Shown one piece after another: positions 51,636-61,417 of a stretch of DNA of 64,000 bases. The translations under genes and the position numbers were made by a program. How positions within the stretch are numbered: the stretch's first letter is position 1; the number at the start of each line of letters is the position of its first letter. A model generated the notes under the pieces. It saw only the letters and a list, made by a program, of their open reading frames with translations, made no database searches and was not told the origin of the DNA. This DNA comes from Heptranchias perlo (Eukaryota). Location of the stretch: contig NC_090363.1 of assembly GCF_035084215.1 (NCBI RefSeq), forward strand, positions 4,960,001 to 5,024,000, read 5' to 3'.

Positions 51636-53065
51636 CTGTTCTGTGAGCAATCTCATTCCTCAGTCTGCACAAATCACCAGTCAGATATTAATCATAGATA
51701 CAACGCAAAAGGAGGCCATTCGGCTCATCGTGCCAGTGCCGGCTCTTTGAAAGGGCTTTCCAATTATTCCCACTCCCCCCTGCTCTTTCTCCATAGCCCA
51801 GCAAATTTTTCTCCTTCAAGTATTTATAACCCCCCCCCCCCGCCTCTCCCCTGCTCCCCCAGTTACTAGCAGATTTTTCTCTGCAAGGGACCCAGCTAAG
51901 AGAATGGCAGGGGAGAGAGGCTTAAAGCACAATTCATGCACGAAAATGCAGTTTATGCCAGATTTTGCGATAAGCACTTGCACCCCACCGAGTTAATCCC
52001 GGGTGCTGAAGAGGGAAATCTGCCCCTAGATTGTTAGTTACATCATAGAATACATTTGTTAAGCTGGCCTCCTCCACCTTTGACAAGAAATCAATTCAGG
52101 GCTGTTTATACAAATATAAACTCATTCTTTCAAGGCTAGAAATTACTACTGGTGTTAACAGCAACAACAATTTGCATTTATATAGTGCCTTTGATGTAGT
52201 AAAACGACCTAAGGCGCTTCACAGTAGCGATTATTAAACAAAATTTGACACAGCCACATAAGGAGGTTTGACAGGTGATCAAAAGCTTAGTCAAAGAGGT
52301 AAGTTTTAAGGAGCGTCTTAAATGAGGAGAGAGCGATAGAGAGGTGGAGAGGTTTAGGGAGGGAATTCCAGAGCTTAGGATCCAGGCAGCTGAAAGCACG
52401 ACCGCCAATGGTGGAGCGATTAAAATCGGGGATGCTTAAGAGACCAGAATTGGAGGAGTGCAGAGATCTCGGAGGGTTGTAATGAGTCCTATCTGGGATC
52501 TAGTTATTTCCCTACCCTGCACTCACTTATCTAGTTTAAATGATTCTTAATTACTGCCTCAATGTTATCCACATGTCTACTTTTTTCCTACTTTGTTTTG
52601 GTTCAGACCATACAGGAAGAAGAAATGGTTAGCAGACCGAGAAGGTCAACCCACAAGGGAGGTCATATTTATCCAATTCCCTTTTGAAAGTTACTATTGA
52701 ATCTGCTTCCACCGCCCTTTCAGGCAGCGCATTCCAGATCATAACAACTCGCTGCGTAAACAAAAATCTTCATCTCCTCCCTCCCCCCCCCTCTTTTGTC
52801 AATTATCTTACATTTGTGACCTACGGTTACTGACCCTCCTGCCAGCGGAAACAGTTTCTCCTTATTTACTCGATCAAAATCCTTCATAATTTTGAACGTC
52901 TCTACTAAATCGCCTCTTAACCTTTTCTGCTCTAAAAACAACCCCAGCTTCTCCAGTCTCCCCACATAACTCTTATTCCTGGTACCATTCCAGTAAGCCA
53001 CATCAGTATTTCCCATTTAAAAAAAAAATCGATATTTACAACCAAACCCATCTACATTCGAGCAA

Positions 53066-53105
53066 TCTCTTTTTCTGAAGGACTTTGGTGGCTCTGAAAA
53101 GAGCC
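53066..53105 (-). terminator. Histone 3' stem-loop and HDE of the Arg-rich H1-like gene
   Basis: Minus strand AAAA-GGCTCTTTTCAGAGCC-ACCAA (53090-53105), then AAAAAGAGA. Confidence 0.93.
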
Positions 53106-53133
53106 TTTTTTTTTGTTCCCACAATATTTTTGC

Positions 53134-53829
53134 TCAGATTGTTTCCGCTCGGATTCCACCCTCGCGGTTATCCGCCTTGGCCGTTTCATCACTTGGGTAT
53201 TGCTGGGCTTCTTGCTTGCGGAGTTGACCGTCCGCTGGCGGCAGCTCCTTGGCCGCTCTCCTGGGCCGCCCGACGCCCCTCCTCACCGCCTTCCGGACAC
53301 CACCACCACCGCCACCCTTGATCCTGACCCTTCTCTGGCCAGGACCGCCGCCGGCTCTCCCGTTCTTCCTCTGAATCCTCGGCTTGCTCTTCCTGGCGGG
53401 ACTCCTTTTCCTCCTGCTCCTCTTGGCGGCCGCCGCCTTCCTCTGGTAGCGGCCCCGGGAGGCGGCCCGTCTCCTGCCGGCCGCCAGGCGGCTCTTGGTC
53501 TTCACGTACCGCCGCCGGTTGACTTTGAAGGAGCCGTTGGCCCCGGTGCCCGCCGTTTGCAGCAGCGAGCCGCTGGTCACCAGGCTCCTCACCGTCTGGT
53601 TCACCCGCGAGTTGTTCTTGGACACGTCGAAGCCGGCGGCCGACAGCACCTTCTTGACAGCGACCAGCGACAGGCCGCGGCGCTCCTTGGAAGACGCCAC
53701 CGCCTCCATGATCTGACCGGCCAGGGTGGCGGAGGCGCGCCCGCCCGCCTGCCGCGCCCGGGGCGGGCTCCTCCTCTTCCTCGCCTTCTTGCCTCGGGAG
53801 GGGTCTCCGGCCGGATCGCCCCAGCCCAT
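53134..53829 (-). CDS. Arginine-rich linker histone H1-related (protamine-like) protein, 231 aa
   Basis: H1 winged-helix core IMEAVASSKERRGLSLVAVKKVL..GFDVSKNNSRVN..VRSLV..GSL.Q..GTGANGSFK. Tails are Arg-rich; hand count about 41 R versus 21 K. Confidence 0.88.
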   Translation of the reverse strand: MGWGDPAGDPSRGKKARKRRSPPRARQAGGRASATLAGQIMEAVASSKERRGLSLVAVKKVLSAAGFDVSKNNSRVNQTVRSLVTSGSLLQTAGTGANGSFKVNRRRYVKTKSRLAAGRRRAASRGRYQRKAAAAKRSRRKRSPARKSKPRIQRKNGRAGGGPGQRRVRIKGGGGGGVRKAVRRGVGRPRRAAKELPPADGQLRKQEAQQYPSDETAKADNREGGIRAETI

Positions 53830-54042
53830 TTGGTTGTGACGGCGCGACGTTCAGCACCTTTTCCCTCCGGCTCGTCCGCGCTCGACGCCGCGGTGACCGA
53901 TTCTCCGAAGGGGGCGGCGGCGGCGGCGCCATTTAAAATCTCAAGGCGGACGTTTCAGAGTCAACTCCTCCCCCGGGGACCCGGCGCGTGGCCGAGCGGC
54001 GCGCGGCCCCAGGGGTTTATTATTTGCCTTTCTCTGTCTGTC

Positions 54043-54312
54043 AAAAGCATCCAATTTGGTTGCAAGATCTTCAAATCTCCGAAACCTTCAACCCTCCCAG
54101 GAGGGTGCATCGGTGACGCGCACTGGCCCTACGCGCGCTGTGATTTTGTTTTTTTCCCCGAGGCGGTCCCGTGTTTTAAAATATGACCCTTGGGTGCAAT
54201 AAGACAGAGCCTGCACTGAAAGTTTGCACCGTGCGTGTCATCGATGCACCCGCCTGGGAGGGTTGGGAGGTTTTGGAGATTTGAAGATCTTGCAATCAAA
54301 TTGGATGCTTTT
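54043..54312. repeat. Inverted repeat, about 80-bp arms and about 107-bp spacer (MITE-like)
   Basis: AAAAGCATCCAATTTGGTTGCAAGATCTTCAAATCTCC... (54043-54123) is the reverse complement of 54231-54312, with a few mismatches. Confidence 0.88.
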
Positions 54313-55199
54313 CATACGCATGCATATAGTGACACCACGAGTCCTGGACAGAATGGGTAACTCCCCCGTCAATCACGCCTAGAGACCACACTGCTGCAAG
54401 TGGCAACTCATTGGCTCCCGCAGTGGTGTCAATCCTCACTTCGTTATTTATTTCTTCCTCCAAACTATTCCCAGGGCGAAACGCTTTGAGTGAGATTGGC
54501 ACTTTTATTCGCAACGGATAAGGAATGATCAACGTTTCACCCACAAATCATTTCATTATTAATGCAAAAGATTTTTTTATATAGCTTAATGACAAGGGCA
54601 CGGTAACACAAGACTGAAGATTAAAGCGATCTGCTGATGAAACCAACAGTATAAGACAAAGGAAGACCTTGAGGCGGGAGAAATTTCACACCTTATTCAA
54701 TTTTAGACGTATTAAAGATTTTCAATTTGTACTAGAGTAAAAACACGTTCAAGGCAGGTTTTGGTCATTAAAACAGTCTCCAATTGCAAATTTCTGGATA
54801 TATATGACATTAAAGCAAAAAACTTTTTTATTTGCATGCGTAAGTGACTTCAATATTGAAGGGGCTTATTGCAGTATTTTCTATCTATAATGCACATGGT
54901 ATAAATTAATTTTCTGTACGATGCTGAGGACAGAACCAGCGATATGCGGCGGCGAGTCGCGATATTTGGCACCTCCGTTCCTTTGGCGGCTTTTTTTTGG
55001 TTAACGACGACGTTACAGATTTTTTTTCTTGATTAACATATTGCACGAAAAACGGAAGTCTTCTGAAGATTAGAGGAAAATATTTGTTAATTCATTCACG
55101 TTTTCTATATTAGCAGGGTTGATTTTGTGGCGCAGTACTCTTGTATCCTCGTAACATTTTTAAAATTTACACTTGTCGATCGTTAAGATTCATCATTTT

Positions 55200-56100
55200 G
55201 AAAACATGTTTGACCGTTCAGTCTATGGGCGCAGAATTTGCTGCAACCGAGAACACCATGCAGATCAGTCAATCTTTTGGACGTTGTCTGCAGCAGATAC
55301 ATTTAGTTCACCCCTTGTACTCTGCCTATTCCCCAAGATCACTCATGCATCGTTGAAACTTTTCTGAGTTCCTGGAGGATAACGAAATTGCAATGTAATT
55401 GACATATTGTGAGGAAGCCCAACTCTTTGTTCAGATTTTGGAATGTCACTAATGTGAATTTGGAACAGAAGTGGGCTGAAGTCCCGAGGAACTCTCGCCA
55501 TTGGGCGAAACCTGGTGGAAATTGTTGAGTTCATTCTGACACCAATCTTTGCCAGGAAATTTGCTATTCTTTGGATCAGCTTACTGGGAGATGGCGTATC
55601 ACAGTCCTTTTTGGCAATTCTTGTTGAAAGCCTTTCTCACCTCCAGCAACATTGCCAGTGTGCACTCTTTCCTACTAAAAAACTACGGGGACGTGCCCTG
55701 ACAGTCACAGCAAGTTGTTACTGGCGCTTCCTCCTCTCCTGTATTGAAGAAGTTAATGCTCTCGAGGTGGTGGAATATGATGATTCTCTCCAGCATGTAT
55801 TTGGTGATAATATTCACTCCCGGAGCTTTCTCTCAATGTAGAGATCCAGAGGTAGATTTTTCTGGCCGGTTGCTAAGGACGACCCATGGTTTGTTACCAT
55901 TTTGACATCCTTTTTCTTATCAAATGGTTTCAAATTTGCAACAGTCTGGTTTGATAAGGTCTGTGGATTTCGGTGCCGGCAGGAGCAAATTCAGTCCAAT
56001 TGTGTAACCATTCTGTTACATGGCTGTGCAGAAAAATCTTTAGTGTCAGCCTTCGCAGGATGAAGCTGAAAAAATACGGAGAATGAGCCTTAACACTGCC
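55200..56100 (-). mobile_element. Heavily decayed non-CR1 LINE reverse transcriptase remnant
   Basis: Minus-strand pieces AMLLEVRKAFNK (DxxKAFD-like) and ARVPRDFSPLLFQIHISDIPK (GVPQG..LSPLLF.IY..D.P-like), with many stops. Confidence 0.5.
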
Positions 56101-56307
56101 ATTGAACAAGCTTCTAATGTGAACTATCCGTTATTATGCAAGGCTCTTTCGCGAACGCCAAAGCAAAACTTCTGGAGAGATATTTGGGGTACCAGAAAAA
56201 AATAAACTTGTACCAAACTTCCCAAAATGCAAGAAGCAATTGTCTTGTACAGCTAAGGGTATGTACAACTTAGAGCCAAAGAGAAACTGGTGAACACCGA
56301 GGTTTTA

Positions 56308-57478
56308 ATCATAGAATCATAGAAATTTACGGCACACAAGGAGGCCATTCGGCCCATCGTGTCTGTGCCAGCCAAAAAAGAGCTACCCAGCCTAATCCCA
56401 CTTTCCAGCTCTCAGTGCGTAGCCTTGTAGGTTACTTCAAGTGCATATCCAAATACCTTTTAAATACAACGAGGGTTTCTGCATCTACCGCCCTTTCAAG
56501 CAGTGAGTTCCAGACCCCCACCACCCTCTGGGTGAAAAAATTCCTCAACTCTATTCCTTCTACCAATTACTTTACATCTATGCCCCCTGGTCACTGACCC
56601 CTCTGTTAAGGGAATAAGTCCTTCCTATCCACTCTATCTAGTCCCGTCATTTTATATACCTCAATTAAATCTCTCCTCAGCCTCCTCTGTTCCAAAGAAA
56701 ACAACACCAGCCTATCCAATCTTTCCTCATAGCTAAAATTCTCCAGTCCTGGCAACATCCTTGTAAATCTCCTCTGTACCCTCCCTAGTGCAATCACATC
56801 TTTCTTGTAATGTGGTGACCAGAACTGTATGCAGTACTCTAGCTGTGGCCAAACTGGTGTTTTATACAGTTCTAGGATAACTTCCCTGCTCTTATATTCT
56901 ATGCCTCGGCTAATAAAGGAAAGTATCCTGTATGGCTTCTTAACCACCTTATCTACCTGTCCTGCTACCTTCGGGGATCTGTGGACATGCACTCCAAGGT
57001 TTCTCTGTTCTTCTACATTTCTAGTATCCTCCCATTTATTGTGTATTCCCTTGCCTTGTTTGCCCTCCCCAAATGAGTTGCCTCACACTTCTCCGGATTG
57101 AATTCCACTTGCCACTTTTCTGCCCACCTGACCAGTCCATTGATAACTTCCTGCAGTCTACAGCTTTCTTCCTCACTATCAACCACATGGCCAATTTTTG
57201 TATCATCTGCTAACTTCTTAATCATACCCCCTACATTTAAATCTAAATCATTGATATATACCACAAAAAGCAAGGGACCTAGTACTGAACCCTGTGGAAC
57301 CCGCCTGGAAACAGTCTTTCAGTCACAAAAACACCCATCGACCATTACCATTTGCTTCCTGCCACCGAGCCAATTTTGGATCCAACTAGCCACTTTCCCT
57401 TGGGTCCCATGGGCTTTTACTTTCCTGACCAGTCTGCCATGTGCGACCTTGTCAAAATCCTTGCTAAAATCCATGTAG
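56308..57478 (-). mobile_element. Decayed CR1 LINE RT fragment
   Basis: YINDLD..KKLADDTKIG and LEYCIQFWSPHY; ATAGAATCATAGA tail. Confidence 0.85.
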
Positions 57479-60400
57479 CATGCATCAAACGCATGAAAGA
57501 GATAATGAAAGACATACCGAAGTTAGATTTATGAAGCAGGAAAGAACATCTTTGGTAAAGATTTGAACACCATCTATATGGATTCACACCCTTTGTCCTT
57601 CACTTTCTTGTCACTTTTTTACTATTTTGATGCAATACAGTGTTGTATTATGCCTCCTAATTTAGTTACATATTACAGGTTTAGATTTATCTCTCACCAC
57701 TCATTGCTGCCTAGGGCCATTCAATGTATCCTTCACCATCAAAGTGGTCTCAAGCAAGACTTCAATCCGGGACTAAATTACCTCTGGTAAGAAATCTCAG
57801 CAAGGTGGATTTGATGCCATGCAATGTAAATCTGTAGCTACACATCTGCTAGGAATCGAGCTGTTTGGACTCACAGTAAGGATAAACAAAGTCTATCTCC
57901 ATAATGGGTCAACATTGGAAAGATGATTGCTGAATCATTGGACATGAATTTAGATTTGAGGTTAGGATCAGATCAGCCATGATCTTATTGAATGGCGGAG
58001 CAGGATCGAGGGGCCGATTGGCCTACTCCTGCTCCTATTTCTTATGTTCTTATGTTCTTATGAATAGGTAAGTGTGATTCACCTTAGACATGACTGTATT
58101 AGAGGGAAGGTGGGGGAGGGGAGAATGGGGGGAAGGGTGGGGGGATTGGTTGGTAGCGGCTTATGGAAGAATTCCATATTCCCCATGTTGCAGATCCCAA
58201 GGAAGCAGATAGAATAAATCCCCAAAGATAAAAAAATACCATTTCTGGGAGATACTGAGTAGCGACATCTGAATCTAAACCAGACTAATCCCATACTAGA
58301 GCTATATACGTGTAGAAATAAAGTTAACTGAATGCTCCTGCAGTACTTGGACAGCAAAGGCTGTCTTTGTTGTTTTTTTTTAACCTGTCCTTCAAGTTCG
58401 ATTTGAACTCCTATATATCAAATGGAGAGGAAAGAATCCGCTGATTTCCAAGCAGGGGGTTTGATTCCAAGTGTTTGATTGTTGAAATGTAGACCAGAGA
58501 CAACCATGCTGGAAACAAGCTGCTAGATCAAAGAAGTGAGAGTATCAAACCTTTAATTCAAGAGCTCCTGCCACTATTCCCCTTACCTCTGGGAGTACTT
58601 GGTTTGGGGGCTTTGAAGTTCTCCAAGTAGTGCAGAGACGACACCACTCAGATCCATAAAAGATCAAACAGGAATCATTTTGTAACCCACTTCAAACATC
58701 GCCTTTGAATACAGTGGTGAAAGATGAGAGACTAGGAAAGTCAAAGGATACTGTATGACGCGAATGGTGACCATTTCCCAGAGACAGCATTAATATTGTA
58801 CAAGGCCAGTGACAAAATCTTTTGATGGGGAATAGAGCCTTACCCACGCACTTATGGCAAGTGGAGGAACCAACTTTGTTCTCAATTATCTCCAATGCCT
58901 CACTACCAATATCAGATACTAACCTGTACCTGGATATCTCCCAGTGCTGCTTCCTGAGATGAAAGCTCTCAGCTAATTTGTCTTGGTGTGTAAGATTGGG
59001 GCCTTGATCAGATGATAGGGGTTGATGCCAGCTGGCCCATGTCTGTAGACAACTCTATCAGACCTGAGTTGAGTTCTCAGACAGTAGGAGAGGCTGTTTC
59101 CAGGATTTGCTAGCCGATTTGTGGCATCTAAAAACTGGAGGTCAAAGTTGCTGGTGGTACCAATGGTGTGGAATGATACCAGTGTCACAGACTTCACCCT
59201 TATCAAACAAGGCAAAAGTGAAGCTGGCTGTATCCAAGGGTGCTGGTTGACATTTTCTGCTGTAGCATCTTTTAGTCTAGTTTGGTGTGGGCAAAAATAC
59301 CCGGATAACTACCATATGCTTCAACATCCCATTTGCAAAATAAACCTTAAAGATGTCAGGGACATCCACCACACTAAACGCTTCAGAGCATTTGGAACAA
59401 TGCTTAAAGCCAGGTGATCATGCTGCCTATTTGATTAATGGTTGTTTTAAAAAAAATATTTTGATGAGAGGGAAAACCTGCGGGTGAAAACCTGAGAGAG
59501 AAATATCTGGGGGTGAAATTCAACTGGGGCGTGGGCGCGAAACGGCCGATCCGCTACCACCCATTTTGCACCCCAGCCGAAGTTACATTTCATCCTCCCT
59601 CTGTCTCTTTAATGGTGCTACAATTAACCAGTGAGGCGTGCACAAGATCATCAGATATGCTGCTGCTGCTGGGGGGGAAGGGGGTCGGGAAGAAACTGAT
59701 GCTTCAGGGCAGGTTAGGTTTTTACAACGTAGGCGTGAGGAGTATCACGCCGTCAACACAGTGACATCACAAAACGTGTGTTTTTCCTAGTGTGATGTGC
59801 CGCGATGTCAAGGCACTCCGGCGGATGTAAAGCATGGGAACTTATAGATAAAATAAAGGAACATTTGACTAGTCTCTAATTTTACCACTTTTCTTTTATT
59901 CCTTGTATCGATGATGAAATATGACTATACCATTCATATTTGGGGACTGACACGGGCCAGCAAAACAAGCCCAGAGGTTGAAAATGATATTAGTGGACGA
60001 ATGCTTAATGTTCTCGCACGACATTAATTATGTATCTCTCACTTTTTACACAATTTAAGAGAAACAAAACAAGTTCAGAACTTTCGGACACGACAATAAA
60101 ATAATATGCTTTTACTCCACAATTAAAAGGTCTGAAATCACCATCGTCAAGAGGCCTTTAAGATAGCAAAAGCTTTAGAAAAGAGTAACTCTGCAACATT
60201 ACTGCAAACTGAACTGTAACAGTGGGACAGGTTCCAACTGGGGAGGCAAATTTAGAACTGTCAGGAAATTCTTGAAAAAAAAGCTGGGAATCATTTAAGA
60301 ACTAACATGCTACGATGGGCTATAGATTTTTTCTGGTGAATGAGTTGAATTTATGCTAACTCTTCATCTTGCCAAATATATGCATCGAAAAAAAAGATCT

Positions 60401-60747
60401 TCACCGCAGCCTTTTTTCAATTAAACTTAATTAAAACTACGACATATTTGGATAATTTGCACGGCGGACATTAAGATGTGTTGTTGATACAGGTTCCCGA
60501 AAAGCTAGAACTAGGAAGAAAGCGTTCTAGCCTCCGATAGCTGGAAATCAGATTGGCCAGTGACACGGAAAATGGCAAGCGGCTTCACTCCAAACTGTAA
60601 CTAACAAACTGGATCACTTTTTTCAACATTTTAAAAATAAACATACTTCATACGTCTTAATTTCCCTTTTATTAAATCTTTTTTTAACACGTATGGCTGC
60701 TACATTAACGTCTTGTGACTTGTTTTGGCCCCTTTGTTTGAGTCAGT

Positions 60748-60763
60748 GGCTCTAGGAAGAGCC
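60748..60763 (-). terminator. Histone stem-loop with non-consensus loop (UCCU)
   Basis: Minus strand AAC-GGCTCT TCCT AGAGCC-ACTGA; minus-strand AATAAA at 60668-60673. Confidence 0.85.
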
Positions 60764-60787
60764 GTTCTTTCAATTTTCCAAGTCTTT

Positions 60788-61417
60788 CTACTTCGCGCTG
60801 GACGATGGGGTCTTTGCCGATTTTGTTTCAGTTGGGCACCTGGATACCCTCCTCATTCTTGCAGCTTTCCACTTGGCTGCCATTCTGAACACGGTCGGGG
60901 TTCTCCGACCCACGCCCGTTTTCTTCTGCGCTTTCGCTTTCTTTCTGCCCGTCGACGGTCTCCTCGGCATTTTAGGGAGTCTCTTGACCACCACTCGTCG
61001 CCTGGTGGCTTCTTTTCCCGACGCCGTCACCCCCGCTGTGATCTCCAGGTCTTTGCTGAGCTTGACCGAACCGGAGGCGCCGGTGCCCGCCGTGTGTACC
61101 AGCGAGCCTCTGCTTAACAAGCTCTTGATCGCCCGGTTGACCCGCGAGTTGTTCTTCTCCAGGTTGTAGCCGCTGGCCTTCAGCGCCTTCTTCATGGCGG
61201 CCACCGACAAACCGCGGCGCTGCTTGGTGGCCGCCACAGCCTTCATGATCTGCTCGGCCACCGTGCAGCCGAACTTCTTGTGCCGGTAAGGCCTCCTCTT
61301 CTTCTTCACAGCAACCGCAATGTCCACCGCCTCGTCTGGAGGCGGAAGCGGCGGCGGTGGTAGCGCTGGTGCCGCCGGAGCGGGAAGGTCCATCCCGACC
61401 GGCTCAATATCCGCCAT
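60788..61417 (-). CDS. Linker histone H1 variant, 209 aa, Pro-rich/acidic N-tail
   Basis: H1 globular domain [69 protein letters not shown]; ATG at 61417. Confidence 0.9.
   Translation of the reverse strand: MADIEPVGMDLPAPAAPALPPPPLPPPDEAVDIAVAVKKKRRPYRHKKFGCTVAEQIMKAVAATKQRRGLSVAAMKKALKASGYNLEKNNSRVNRAIKSLLSRGSLVHTAGTGASGSVKLSKDLEITAGVTASGKEATRRRVVVKRLPKMPRRPSTGRKKAKAQKKTGVGRRTPTVFRMAAKWKAARMRRVSRCPTETKSAKTPSSSAK

Noticed and set aside
51015-51869. 284-aa plus-strand ORF
   Set aside because: Antisense shadow of H2B running into a repeat; no recognisable domain.
53189-53932. 247-aa Glu-rich alternative-frame ORF over the Arg-rich H1, and the 357-aa plus-strand ORF 53113-54186
   Set aside because: Its ATG abuts the TATA-like TTTAAAT, upstream of the likely TSS, and stop-poor shadow frames are expected in GC-rich sequence.
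59508-59597. Small hairpin element, related to about 62418-62520
   Set aside because: Looks like a short dispersed TIR repeat, with no evidence of being an RNA gene.
59911-59950. ATGATGA...CTGA resembling a C/D box snoRNA (SNORD48/52 lie near human HSPA1B)
   Set aside because: Only about 40 nt between the boxes, no host intron and no recognisable rRNA guide. I found no convincing snoRNA in the window.
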